From Felis catus (taxonomy: Eukaryota), in the NCBI RefSeq assembly GCF_018350175.1, contig NC_058368.1, forward strand, positions 123,568,001-123,632,000: a stretch of DNA of 64,000 nt, written 5' to 3'. The first letter of the stretch is position 1, and each line of letters begins with the position of its first letter. Below the pieces are notes generated by a model. It made no database searches and was not told where the DNA came from. It worked only from the letters and a program-made list of their open reading frames with translations. A program made the position numbers and the translations under genes. Positions 27,158 to 40,075 of this stretch are shown one piece after another.

Positions 27158-27208
27158 GTCAGTTTGTTTTCATGTCAGTGACAATAAGTCTTTAAAAATA
27201 TTTGGTGA

Positions 27209-27410
27209 GGGGCACCTGGGTGGCTCATTCGGTTAAGCCTAAAGACTCTTGATTTCGGTTCAGGTTATGATCTCATTGTTTGTGAGGTCCAACCCCTCAT
27301 GGGGTTCTGTGCTGACAGTGAGGATCTGCTTAGGAGTCTCTCTCTGCCCCTCCCCCGCTCTTAACTGTGTGTGGGCTCTCTCTCAAAAAATAAACGTTAA
27401 AAAAAAAGAA
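27209..27410 (+). mobile_element. CAN-SINE
   Basis: GGGGCACCTGGGTGGCTCA...AAAAAATAAACGTTAAAA. Confidence 0.85.
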
Positions 27411-28210
27411 AATAGAGTTTTGTATACATAGTTTCATATAAGCAGTGGCTTTTCCTTCCACTTTTTATTTTTGTATCTTAGTGTTGATACAAATACATAA
27501 GTTCTTCTAAAATGCCCAGTTTAGTTTCCTCCCATAATAGCAGTTAAGTTTTACTTAAAACCTATGTGTTTATATCTTATGTTTTGAATACAATCAGTTA
27601 TCTTTGCTATACCAAGTACTTTCATACGTACTTGATTTATATCCCTGCATTTTATAAGGACATGGTACAACAGAGTGTAAATTAGCTTCTGGTCTGCAGA
27701 GTCAACCAAAAACATTGCTCACTTTTCATTTTGGTTCCCAAAGTAAGTTTCCATTCTCAAAACTTTTTCCCATGTGTGGAAGATTTTCTTTAACTCAAAA
27801 ATCAGGATACTGGTTGCCAGAGAGCATCCATGTTGTGAGATGAAGTAGAAAAAATCAGTAAACAGCATAAGGTACCATGTGTTGGATAGAAGATAATTTT
27901 AAGTTACTCTCATATGCTACATAGTGTGGATCTTGTGATGAGTGTTGTATGTACAATGAAGTGGCTTCATACTTGAGATATATGGAAATAGGAGTGATAA
28001 TTCTCTCCATGGATTGTACCTGATTACTAACTATTGAAAAGCCATTTATTTTGGTTTTATGAGAGAAGGAATATTATTTGATTTATGAAATGTATTTAAG
28101 ATGTAATCTCCTAAAATTATTTTAATACTTCTATTAAAAAAGCATTTCTAAAATTTCTTGTTAGAAAGAACTTGTGTCACAATTTTGTGAAATCATTTAT
28201 ATTTTTTTAG

Positions 28211-28301
28211 ATTTTGAGAAGTATGCTGTACAGAGGTTCTGAAGTTATGCGAGAAGTTGCTTGGGTCATATTTGATGAAATTCATTACATGAGAGATTCA
28301 G
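28211..28301 (+). CDS. MTREX: MTREX exon 7 (91 nt; DEIH motif II)
   Basis: [30 protein letters not shown]; |GTATAT. Confidence 0.97.
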
Positions 28302-28970
28302 GTATATTCTGCCATGTTGTTGAGATGTGTACCATGTATTTTCCTTAAGAAGGGCATTAGGAATTTTGAAGAACTAGTTAAATTTTGCTTTGAATTTTCA
28401 TGTGGCTAGAGTTCTAATAGATTTTCCACTACACTGTGAGAAACATGATATAATACTTCAGATAGGATCTTATTTAACTTTAGTTTCTTAAATAGTAATC
28501 AGGTAAGAAAAAATGCAAATTCATACAAAACAATTGGAATTAAAACTAGTTTGTTTTTAATAGAGAATGCTCCAAAATAACTGTTAAAGAATTTTTAAAA
28601 CTTTTAGCCTACAGAGTTAACTTTCTTGACTTTTCGTTACTATTTTAGTTTTTAAAAACTAAGAAATGCATGGTTATGGTAAAAAAAAAATACTAAGGGT
28701 TATGAAATAAAAATGAGAAAAAATTATAATTATCCCTTTACTGGCACTATTACACTATTGTAAAGGCTAGTAGGTATACTTGGACTTTTGAGTGGAGCTG
28801 GGAGGGCTAATGGTTACTTTTAAAAGTTAAATATTTAGTATGTACACAAGTAAAATTCAGTTTTTATTTAAACTAAAATACTGAGTTCACCTGTATTTGT
28901 AGTGCAAGTAACAAATTCATAAAAGTAAGTTTTGAATAGGTCTGTTTTGGTTTTAAAATTCTGAATCCTG

Positions 28971-29172
28971 GGGGTGCCTGGGTGGCTCAGTCAGTTGAGT
29001 GGCTGACTTCAGCTCAGGTCATGTTCTCATAGTCCGTGAGTTTGAGCCCTGTGTTGGGCTCTGTGCTGACAACTCAGAGCCTAGAGTCTGCTTCCAATTC
29101 TGTGTCTCCCTCTCTTTCTGCCCCTCCCCTGCTTACTCTGTCTGTCTCTGAAAAATAATAAACATTAAAAAA
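28971..29172 (+). mobile_element. CAN-SINE
   Basis: TSD AATTCTGAATCCTG. Confidence 0.9.
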
Positions 29173-29720
29173 AATTTTTTTTAATAGAATTCTGAATCCT
29201 GTATTGATACATTTATTTTAGAGGAAAATTCTCAGGCTGATTTTTTTTTCCATTTAAATAAAAACTGACATGATTTTACTGCTCATTAAATCTTTCATAT
29301 CTAGAGATCATGAGGGTAATTTGGATGAAAGTTGCCTTAGAGTAAAGTAACAGTGTGTCTTTGAAATTTGTTGCTGTATAACTTTTCTAAAAGTTATTAA
29401 CTTTGTTTTCTCAAAATGAAATGGAAATACTGTTTCCATTGTCATGGGACTCTTATGCTGTGTGAGAAGGTTCAGTCTGGAGCTACTCCAGAGGCTGTAA
29501 TTGTAGAGTACATTGTGCTTTTAGTGATTTAGTCTCCCACTTTTCTACTGGGTAAATTCACGGTAAGAACCATAGTAGTTTTCAGTAGGGATTTGTAGCT
29601 AAAAATATTTGTGTAAAGTGGCCTGCATTTCTAATTAATGAGCTTGGGATAAGATAATTTTAGATTACTTACCAATAAAGTGACTCTGAATTCCAAGGTA
29701 TATTTGTTTTTTTTTTTCAG

Positions 29721-29845
29721 AGCGTGGTGTTGTATGGGAAGAAACTATTATTTTGCTTCCTGACAATGTCCACTATGTCTTTCTTTCGGCTACTATTCCA
29801 AATGCCCGACAGTTTGCTGAATGGATTTGCCATTTGCATAAACAG
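29721..29845 (+). CDS. MTREX: MTREX exon 8 (125 nt; SAT motif III)
   Basis: [41 protein letters not shown]; |GTATTT. Confidence 0.97.
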
Positions 29846-30019
29846 GTATTTTCTTTGTTTTTTGAAGTCTTCAATACTTAAAACGTTAAGTTGTGATTGC
29901 TATCTTATATACTTTGTTCTTGATACCGCCCTAGAATTAAGAAAAGCTTTTAATTGAAATTACTTCTCAAGTCAACCAAGCTCATCAGAATCAACCGACT
30001 AGCTTTTTACAAGCGTGTA

Positions 30020-30237
30020 TTTTTTTTTTAAGTTTATTTATTTATTTTGAGAGAGACAGAGCATGAGTGGGGGAGGGGCAGAGAGAGATGGGAAGGTAGG
30101 GAGAGAGAATCCCAAGCAGGCTCTGCGCTGTCAGCATGGAGCCCAGCGCAGGGCTCAAACTCACAAAACCGTGATACTATGACCTGAGCCGAAACCAAGA
30201 GTTGGAAGCTTAACCAGCTGGGCCACCCAGGTGCCCC
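30020..30237 (-). mobile_element. CAN-SINE
   Basis: Standard structure. Confidence 0.87.
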
Positions 30238-31111
30238 TTAAGTTTGTATTTCTGAGTGCCATCTTAACCCAATATATCAGCATCTCCCGGAGTAGGGTCT
30301 TGGGAGCTCTGACTTTTAAAAGCTCCCAAGTTGATCCTGGTGGTCTGCCAGGTTTGGAAACTAATGCATTTATTCATAGAGTGAGCCCTCTGAGAAGAGA
30401 ATTTCCTCTAAGACCTCAGTACCAGGAAAAAGCTGGGCATTTCCTGAGCATGTGATATGATTTTTCTGTGAACACAGTCACATGTTTTCCTTTTGCTTTT
30501 GTGGTCCAACTTTTGCAGCAGTATAGGGCCTTATGGCAAACATTTGTTTATGTGTACTAAATTTATTCTTGGTTTTGTTTTCCTGCCCTCATTTTTCCTT
30601 TGTACCAATATTCTTACAAAGTATTATCTGTTCATAAGGTCTCTAATTGTGTTTTTCTAACACCTATGTTGCTTCTGTACAATAGAAACCTAGTGGATCT
30701 TCAACCTGCTGATTTAGTAAAGCTTTGAAAACTCACTTTGGGTCAGAAAAGTCCCATTTACCTCAGGGAGCATTCTGTTTCACCATACCACTGCAGTGTA
30801 GTAACAGGCGTCTTCTTTAATTTTAGTATCACAAGTCTAGGGTATGAATCCAAGGTCTTTATTGAAATTCAAATCATATATCTGGCCCTAATGAGGGTAT
30901 TGATAAAATTGAATAGATGGTAATGTCATTTGAGAGCTGATTTTTCCACATTTTTCTCTTGCCTTGTTTTAAAAATTTTTAGTTTTTCTCTTTTGGGGAT
31001 GTTGAATTCAAAAGTGTATTTCCCCAAGGTCTTTTACTTAGATCAAATACACAGTATTATTTTGAAGAAATTAAATATTACATGCCTAATTGTTTTTCAT
31101 TGTTTTTACAG

Positions 31112-31210
31112 CCTTGTCATGTAATTTACACAGATTATCGGCCGACACCATTGCAGCACTACATTTTTCCAGCAGGGGGAGATGGCCTGCACCTTGTGGT
31201 TGATGAAAAT
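31112..31210 (+). CDS. MTREX: MTREX exon 9 (99 nt)
   Basis: [33 protein letters not shown]; |GTAAGG. Confidence 0.96.
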
Positions 31211-31534
31211 GTAAGGGAGTAATGGTGATTCTTAATCTGTAGTGTCAGGGTAGAAGTTCATTTTTTCTTTCTCGAGTAGTTTTATAGTCCAGAATTGTTG
31301 GGTTTGTGTGTACTTGTATTTCAGAAATTATATTTAAGACTTGTGTTTGGTTCTCTGTTTCTCTTGTGCATGAATTAAGATTTTTCTTCTTTCCCAGTAT
31401 TTTAAAATGCCTGGAGAATAGGGACTTAGGATGTGTTTCAGATATGTTATGTTTTGCTTTACCCCCTTTTAATACCTCTTTATCACCTTTTATTGTACCT
31501 TACACACAACTTTATTTTGTATTTTTTGTTTTAC

Positions 31535-31721
31535 AATTTTTTTAATGTTTATTTTTGAGAAAGCACGCCTGTGAGCAGGAGAGGGGCAGAGAGGGAGAAA
31601 GTGGATCCCAAGCAGGCTCCAGGGTCATTGCCCACAGGGGGCTCATCTCATGACAGTGAGATCATGACCTGAGCTGAAATCAAGGGTCAGATGCTTAACT
31701 GAGTGAGCCACCCAGTGTCCC
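31535..31721 (-). mobile_element. CAN-SINE (older)
   Basis: Standard structure. Confidence 0.8.
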
Positions 31722-31873
31722 TGTACAACACGTTTTAACTCTTTTATTGACCTTTGTTATCATTATCGTATTAAATTATTTTTATTTTGAGGAAGGTTTG
31801 TTTGGAGGTATGAAAAATGTTTGGATTTTGGTTAAATCTTATTGAAGTAATGTAGAAAAATATTTGATTCCAG

Positions 31874-31976
31874 GGTGACTTCAGAGAAGATAATTTTAAT
31901 ACTGCAATGCAAGTACTTCGAGATGCTGGTGATTTGGCAAAAGGAGATCAGAAGGGGCGAAAAGGAGGAACAAAAG
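31874..31976 (+). CDS. MTREX: MTREX exon 10 (103 nt)
   Basis: GDFREDNFNTAMQVLRDAGDLAKGDQKGRKGGTK; |GTAATT. Confidence 0.96.
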
Positions 31977-33151
31977 GTAATTTGAAATTTTGTTAACTTT
32001 TTTCCCTCAGGAAGCTGTATAAAGATCTAGATAGTAAATGATAAAATTGGATAAAGGTTCATCTCTTTTTTCTATATGACATTAATTGAGATATAATTCA
32101 CATACTATACATTTCATCCATTAAAATGTACAATTTAATGGTTACTGGTATATTAACAGAATTATGCAATCATTAACATAGTTTTTTTTTATTGAGATAT
32201 AATTCATATACCATAAAAATCACCTTTTTTAAGTGTACAAGTCAGTGTATTTTAGTATATTCACAAACTTGTGCAACTACTATCTAATTCCAGAACATTT
32301 TCATTAACTCAGAAGGAAACCCTGTATCCATTAGCAAGTATTCCTCATTTTTCCTCACCTCTTCCCGCACCCCTCGGCCTTAGGCAGTCCCTAATCTACC
32401 TTCTATTTCTTTTTTCCTTTTTGAACATTTCATATAAGTAGAATCACAATTTGTGTGTTTTTTTGCAGCTTCTTCTTTCACTTAGCTTGTTTTCAAGGTT
32501 CATTCATTCTGTAGCATATGTCAGTACTTCATTCCTTTTACAGTCAAACGACATTTCATTATATGAATATGCCACATTTTATTTATTTGTTATCAGTTGT
32601 TGAACATTTTGGTTATTTCTCTTTATTGCTTATTGTGAATAGTGCTGTAAATATTTGTGTTCTGTAAGTTTTTATGTAAGCATAGGTTTTCTTTTCTCAC
32701 TGAGCATATACCTAGCAGTGGAATTGTTGAGTCATATGGTATTTCATATGTTTAAATTTTTGAATAACTGCTAGATTATTTTCCAAAGTGGCAGCTCCAT
32801 TTTACATGCCCATCAGAAGGGTCTGAAGTTTCTATTTCCTCCACATCCCTGCTAGTATTTACTGTAATCTATGTGAATATAGTCATCCTAATGGAATAAA
32901 GTGGTATCTGAGGGTGGTTTTGATTTACATTTGTCTCATGGCTAATGTGGTGTTCATTTATCTTTTCATGTGCCTATTGGCTATTTGTATATCTTATTTG
33001 GAGAAATACTCAAAATCTTTTGCCAATTGAAAAATGCAATTGTCTTGTTGTTGAGCTATAAGGATTCTTTGTATACTCTGGATAGTAGACCCTTATCTAT
33101 ATTTTCCCATTCTGTGGTAATGTGGTCTTTTCACTTTTTGTTGGTGTCTTT

Positions 33152-33510
<359 letters not shown>

Positions 33511-33720
33511 TCAAAACAATGTTTTTAATTTTGATGAAATCCAGTTTATGTTTTTTTTTCTTTTGTTATATATCATACCTAAGAATGCTTTGCCTAATAT
33601 CATATCTTGGAGATTTACTTCTATATAGTTTTTAAGAATTTTATAGTTCTGTATTTTATGTTTAGGTCTATAATCCATTTGGAGGTAATTTTTACATATG
33701 TTTATATACTCTTTTTGCAG

Positions 33721-33852
33721 GACCATCAAATGTGTTCAAGATTGTGAAGATGATTATGGAAAGAAATTTTCAACCTGTAATTATTTTCAGCTTTAGTAAG
33801 AAGGATTGTGAAGCCTATGCACTTCAGATGACCAAATTAGATTTTAACACAG
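33721..33852 (+). CDS. MTREX: MTREX exon 11 (132 nt; motif IV)
   Basis: PSNVFKIVKMIMERNFQPVIIFSFSKKDCEAYALQMTKLDFNT; |GTACTA. Confidence 0.96.
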
Positions 33853-34252
33853 GTACTATGTAATTTCAGCATAGTTTTAATGTTACGTGTAAATGAGTGT
33901 ATATCTGTTTCTAGTAAGAAGATCAATATGTTGTGATTAATCTATTGTGTATTGCTAGGATATGCAGTTCCCCCTACAGTCACAGTAACAAGTACTCATT
34001 ACCTTTGTAAAATCTTTAAAAAGACCTTGTTTTATTCTTTCCTTCCTTTCCTTTCTTTTGTTTTCTTTTACTGGGAGGTTTAAAGTACATTGCTCTGTGT
34101 AAAATCCAAAGACCCTTACTGAAAAATACTAGAATTATATTCCCTTATACTTCATTGCCATAAGCTCCTTTGCTTTGGGGATTTTCTGTGTGACTACGTA
34201 AGGTTAGGTTTCTTGGTCAGATCACTTTCTATATAGAAAGTGCTGTGGTTTC

Positions 34253-34460
34253 GGGGCGCCTGGTTGGCTCATTTGGTTAAGTGTCCAGCTTCGGCTCATG
34301 TCATGATCTCACAGTTCATGGGTTCGAGCCCCACGTTGGGCTCTGTACTGACAGCTCAGAGCCTGGAGCCTGCTTCGGATTCTGTTCTCTTTCTCTGCCC
34401 CTCCCTGCTCACACTCTGTCTTCTCTCTGTCTCTCAAAAATGAATAAATGTTAAAAAAGA
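34253..34460 (+). mobile_element. CAN-SINE
   Basis: GGGGCGCCTGG head and A-rich tail. Confidence 0.88.
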
Positions 34461-35359
34461 AAACAAAGTATTGTGCTTCATTCTTCTGGAAATCCAAACC
34501 AGGAAGGCTTGCCCTTTTTAACCGTGGTATAATCTTTTGAATAAAGTAGTTACTTATATTTAATTAATAAATTATTCCCACATATTATCTGTAAATGTAA
34601 CTCAAAGTCACACAGCTAGGTAGTAGCACAGCCTATCCAAAATTCAGCATACTGAATACCAGCCCATTTATTATTCATTTCATCCTTTTACATATGTAAT
34701 CTTGTATTGTGAGGAGTGAATAATATCCTCAGTCATCCAAAATCAAATGTCATTTGTATTGCTTTCATTACCAAGGCACAGAACTAAACCCATGCATTTT
34801 AGGGCTGTTTTTTTACTTATCCATAAGCAAAGTGATAATAACAGATAACCCACATAAACTCCTAAAGTTAGTAATATTTTATTTTTTAATGGAGAAATTG
34901 CTCTGCTTAGAAATGTTTTCTTTTAACTGCTAATGCTGAATTTGCTTAATGTCGCAGGGTCATATATTTAATTGAGCAAATATATATTGGCTTCCTATTA
35001 TTTAGTAGATGCTATATGCGAAGGCAGTATAAAGGTTAAGAGCATATGTTTTGGAATTGCTCCTCTAACAGTTAATAGCAGTTTCCATCATTTGGAGTTA
35101 GTCTCACTTTCCTCAGTAGTGGATAATAATAATCCCTGTGATCTATAATTGTTAGTCTTAAATATTGGATATATGGCACTTAGTGTAGTTTTTGTTATTT
35201 TTATAAGATAGTACTTTTATTCATGGATAAATTCTGTTAGCTATATTTTGAAGGGCAATGAATTTTATTAAATGGTAATTTTTATCCACTTTCCCTTTTG
35301 ACTGCCTTAAATACTCTTTTATTCTTTATATATTTTTTTATTCTTTGCAGTGTGTGAGG

Positions 35360-35585
35360 TTTTTTTTTTTTTTTTTTTTTTAACGTTTATTTATTTTTGG
35401 GACAGAGAGAGACAGAGCATGAACGGGGGAGGGGCAGAGAGAGAGAGGGAGACACAGAATCGGAAGCAGGCTCCAGGCTCTGAGCCATCAGCCCAGAGCC
35501 CGACGTGGGGCTCGAACTCACGGACCGCGAGATCGTGACCTGGCTGAAGTCGGACGCTTAACCGACTGCGCCACCCAGGCGCCCC
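35360..35585 (-). mobile_element. Young feline SINE 67 nt upstream of exon 12
   Basis: TSD CAGTGTGTGAGGTTT. Confidence 0.93.
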
Positions 35586-35652
35586 TACAGTGTGTGAGGT
35601 TTGGTATCACTGATTCATTTAGATATTTATGTACCTTTGAATTTTTTCTTAG

Positions 35653-35732
35653 ATGAAGAAAAGAAGATGGTTGAAGAAGTATTCAGTAATGCCATTGACT
35701 GCTTGTCTGATGAAGATAAAAAACTCCCTCAG
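35653..35732 (+). CDS. MTREX: MTREX exon 12 (80 nt)
   Basis: EEKKMVEEVFSNAIDCLSDEDKKLPQ; |GTATGA. Confidence 0.96.
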
Positions 35733-36007
35733 GTATGATTTAGTGTCCCTAAGTGTGGGTATTAAGTGTGGTAGGGTACTTTCACTTTGCATTTCTTGGT
35801 TTTGTTACTATATATTGCACTGTTTATGCACTGCTTTAAATATGTTGCGTTGTACCCAGAAATAATACCTTGATTTTTATTTTACACCTCTGAAAAGATG
35901 ACAAAAGGAAAGATTTGCTCCATAAGGGAACTAAAAACTAGCATGGTCTGGAAATTACTGCTTCAGTTCCTAATACTACAGAATTATTAGTGCTAGTTAA
36001 TAAATTT

Positions 36008-36067
36008 CTTTATTTTATTTAGAGAGAGGGAGGGAGGGAGAGAGCAAGTGCCTGTGCAAGGGGGAGG

Positions 36068-36113
<46 letters not shown>

Positions 36114-36246
36114 GAGAGAATCCCAGGCAGGCTCTGCATGTCAGCAAGGAGCCTGACATAAGCCTTAAACTCAGGAACCAGGAGATGATGACCTAAGCTT
36201 GAAGATCAAGAGTAGGACACAACTGACTGAGCCACCCATGTACCCC
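36008..36246 (-). mobile_element. CAN-SINE
   Basis: (GA)n tract and head. Confidence 0.82.
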
Positions 36247-37238
36247 AAGTCACTAAATTTCTTAATTCATAGGACTACGAAACAAAACACCTAATGAAAA
36301 TCATGTGTTTAGCAAGGAATTTAATGTCTACTCTGCTTTTAATCCAGTGGCTTCTCTTTTGACTATTAGAAATGCCTGGAATTTCTAAAATCTACTTATG
36401 ACTAGGTGCCCCTCTCAGAGGTTCTGGTTTCATTGGTCTGGTGTGTGTTGTGGTTGTTAGAATCTCAGAAGCTCTTCAGGTGATTCTAATGTGCATCCAA
36501 ACCTGAGAACTCCTGTAGTATGACCTAATATATGAAAATTTTGTTTTGTGAAAAGAAAGTTCAGAGGTCAATCATACTCTGCTTATAAATGATTGCTCTG
36601 ATATATAAGGGATTTATGGTAAAACTGCAGTAGGATGTTTAAAATAGTATTTAACTTACAAGATTTTCTTGTAATTTCTCTTCCAACCTGAATTACTAGT
36701 ATTTGAGGGCTGAGCTATGTCTTGATACATTTTTGTTACCTTAGCATAGTTCTAATAGTAGACATGTAATGCCATTTGTTAAAGTGCTAACGAGGATGAA
36801 TTCTTCAGTAATTCAATTGTTTTTAGGTGAAGTACATATTTATATAGAGTATGCCTTGTGTTTATTTATTTATTTTTAGTAGGAACTGGCTATTATTTTT
36901 TTAAGTTTATTTTGTGCAGATATAAATGTCCTTATGACTTAGTTTTTGGGGACAAGGTGAAGTGATGCTGGAAAATTTGAAAGAGGCAGCAGTGCATATA
37001 TGAATTTTATTTAAAATATATCATTCACGTTAAGGAAAGCTAGGACAGAATTATGTTGAGTTTTGAGTTTAATAATCTGGGAATATGGGTTAAGTTTTGG
37101 CTTTTATTCTGAAAAGGTTATATAACATTTCTTTGAACAGCCTTCTTTCTTGATCACACATTTTTCTTACTTCGGTTTAACATTTTTGATGTCCCTTTTC
37201 TGTACATTATTGAAAAATAAACATTGTTCCAAACATAG

Positions 37239-37349
37239 GTCGAACATGTACTTCCTCTTTTGAAGCGGGGAATTGGTATTCACCATGGTGGCTTACTTCC
37301 TATTTTGAAAGAAACTATAGAAATTCTCTTTTCTGAAGGATTGATAAAG
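37239..37349 (+). CDS. MTREX: MTREX exon 13 (111 nt)
   Basis: [37 protein letters not shown]; |GTATGA. Confidence 0.96.
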
Positions 37350-38384
37350 GTATGATTTTATTTTTATTTATTATGCCTTAGAATTGTGTCATATGGACAG
37401 TTTGAAAATTATTATTATTTTTAAGTAGGCTCCACACCCAACATGGGGCTTGGACTCACGACCCTGAGATTGAGCTGCTTGCTCGATTGACTGAGCCAAC
37501 CAGGTGTCCCAACAGTTTGAGAATTATTTAGAACACTGTTTCTAGGCAGCTTTACATATATGTACATACATATGAATGTATAAAATATTTAAAAAAATGT
37601 TTAAAAGTAAATATTTACATATATATGTTTTTAAACTAGGTCCTGTGGAATGACTTAAATACTGAAGTTGATTTTTATATGTAGTGTTATACTTCATTCA
37701 GGTTTATAGGTAAAATTTTATTGGTTTTTCTTCCTATTATTCAAGTAAGAAATGGTAACACTATACAATGTGGGGTTTTTCAGAAGGTGCTATTTAATTA
37801 TCAGAAATGGAATTGATTCTTAGTGGACTCCTTTCTATATACAGATTAAAACAATTAGAAAAGACAGGAGAATTGCTGGTAGACTTACAAAGGAGTTCTT
37901 CAGGATATGCTATTTTAAACTGCAGGGAGTCTAACTTAATTTTAAAGGTTATGTTGATGTTTGTACCCAAAAATAAGGTGTTAAAAATGGGAAACAAATT
38001 CAAAATGTAGTCATAAACCTGCATATGACTCATAAGTTACTTTATGTTTAATATTCAGGTTAGAATTTTAAAAATCAGATTTATGAGAATCTCAGCACTA
38101 AGTAGAACATTTAAAAAGTCACATTTAAGAACATAACTTAGGAATTTTAGATAGAAAATTGGTTACTATTTATACCTGGGTTCTGGTAAGGCCCTGTTGA
38201 TGTTCTTTTGTTGATTATTGTTGAGGCTTATTTTAAAGAATCTTTTCTTAAAAATTTAAGTGATATTTGGTGGTGGTAAAAGTCAAATAGAACGATTGCA
38301 AATAAAGCAAAAAATGGAAGACCATATTCCCCTTCACTTCTCAGGAATACCCATTCACATAGATACAAATAATACAGGACTTTT

Positions 38385-38612
38385 CTTTAATTTTATTTCT
38401 TTATTTTGAGAGGGAAACAGTGCGAGAGAAAGAGAGAGAGAGGAAGAGGGAGGAAGCATTAGTGGGGGAGGGAGAGAAAAGGGAGAGAGAATCCTCAGGA
38501 GGCTCCTCATTGTCAGTTCAGAGGCTGATGTGGGGCTCGAATTCACAAATCATGAGATCACGACCTGAGCTGAAATGAGGAGTCATTTAACTGACTGAGT
38601 CACCCAGACACC
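38385..38612 (-). mobile_element. CAN-SINE
   Basis: Standard structure. Confidence 0.82.
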
Positions 38613-39287
38613 TGATGACTTATATTTTAGACAAAAATTATACTACCCATGTTATTAGATTTTGTCATATGCATAGCTTTTCATTCTTTTTAACAAGTGA
38701 ATGGCATTCTTTTGAGTTGATGAAATAAGATTTTTTAATTTTCATTTCTATTGGTGAAAATTTATATTGATAATACTTCAGTGACTTCACTTGTATGTAT
38801 ACATCTTTGTGTGCTTAAACCATACAGTTTTTTGTGTGGTCCAGTTTTTGTTGGTAAAGTCTTAAAAGTGAACTTAGCCAGTAACTCTCTTCTCCCCTCA
38901 GAGATCCTGAAGATGGCTCCAAAACTGTGGTATCATTAGTTGGAGAGCCAGGAAATGTGACTTTCTGTGTTTAGAAAAGTAATCTACAGCCTCATGCTTT
39001 GTACATTAACCGGTAGTATCTTCTTCAAGTTAGCACCACTGGAATTTAGGAAAGACTTTTCTTTTCCCTAAATTAAAAAATTTCGGGGATGCAAGGGACA
39101 TTAGATACTATTTAATCATTTTATATTTAAAATACTGAAACACATCTGGGACTAGTATGTGGTCTTATTTTTGCAATCTCTAATAACTAATTTTGAAAAG
39201 TAATGTTTTGTTTGTACTTGAAAATTACAAAACTAGTTTTTTAGCTTAATGTACATGTTTAATCATGTAAATTTTTCATTTATTTAG

Positions 39288-39389
39288 GCCTTATTTGCCA
39301 CAGAGACTTTTGCCATGGGAATTAATATGCCAGCTAGAACTGTTTTATTTACAAATGCCCGAAAATTTGATGGGAAAGATTTCCGATGG
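39288..39389 (+). CDS. MTREX: MTREX exon 14 (102 nt; motif V)
   Basis: [34 protein letters not shown]; |GTAAGT. Confidence 0.97.
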
Positions 39390-39419
39390 GTAAGTAAAAT
39401 AATTAACATGTTGAAATAA

Positions 39420-39622
39420 TTTTTTTTAACATTTATTCATTTTTGAGAGATAGAGCACAAGCAGGGAGGGGCAGAGAGAGAGACACACACACAGAATCCA
39501 GAGCAAGCTCCAGGCTCTGAGCTGTCAGCACAGAGCCCGACACGGGGCTTGAACCCACAAACTGTGAGATATGACCTGAACCGAAGTCATACCCTTAACT
39601 AGCTAAGGCACTCACGTGCCCC
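39420..39622 (-). mobile_element. CAN-SINE 30 nt downstream of exon 14
   Basis: TSD TTGAAATAATTTTT. Confidence 0.88.
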
Positions 39623-39876
39623 AATGTATTGAAATAATTTTTATTTTACCATTTGTTTTACCTAAAGTGATTTGGGCTTATATAATCTTTGAGATTTTCA
39701 GTTATAAATCTGAAGAATTTGCACCCGAGCCAATAAGTGAGTTCATCAACATTACACTTGAGATCCTTCACTTCTATCCATTAGCCAAAAACAAAAACCG
39801 CTCTTGATGAAAGAGTTTGATGATGAGGGATGAGTGTGCAGATGATTCGTGAATGCTTGAAAACATTTAAAAAAAA

Positions 39877-40075
39877 TTTTTTTAATGTTTATTTTTGAGA
39901 GAGACGGAGTATGAGTAGGTGAGGGCAGAGAGAGAGGGAGGCGCAGAATCCGAAGCAGGCCCCAGGCTCCGAGCTGTCAGCGCAGAGCCTGACGTGGGGC
40001 TTGAACCCACAAACCATGAGATCATGACCTGAGCCAAAGTCAGACTTTTAACTGACTGAGCCACCCAGGCGCCCT
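39877..40075 (-). mobile_element. CAN-SINE
   Basis: Standard structure. Confidence 0.88.

Noticed and set aside
28302..29855. Donors GTATAT (exon 7) and GTATTT (exon 8) as possible U12-type introns
   Set aside because: They lack the GTATCCTT consensus, and no TCCTTAAC branch site is seen near the acceptors.
35320..35365. Strong cryptic acceptor (TTCTTTGCAG) with a possible 8-nt microexon before the SINE
   Set aside because: The following GT has a very poor donor context (GTTTTT), and nothing in the sequence supports its use.
39805..39860. TGATGA-rich stretch as a possible C/D snoRNA
   Set aside because: There is no properly placed CTGA D box or terminal stem, and no recognisable guide sequence.
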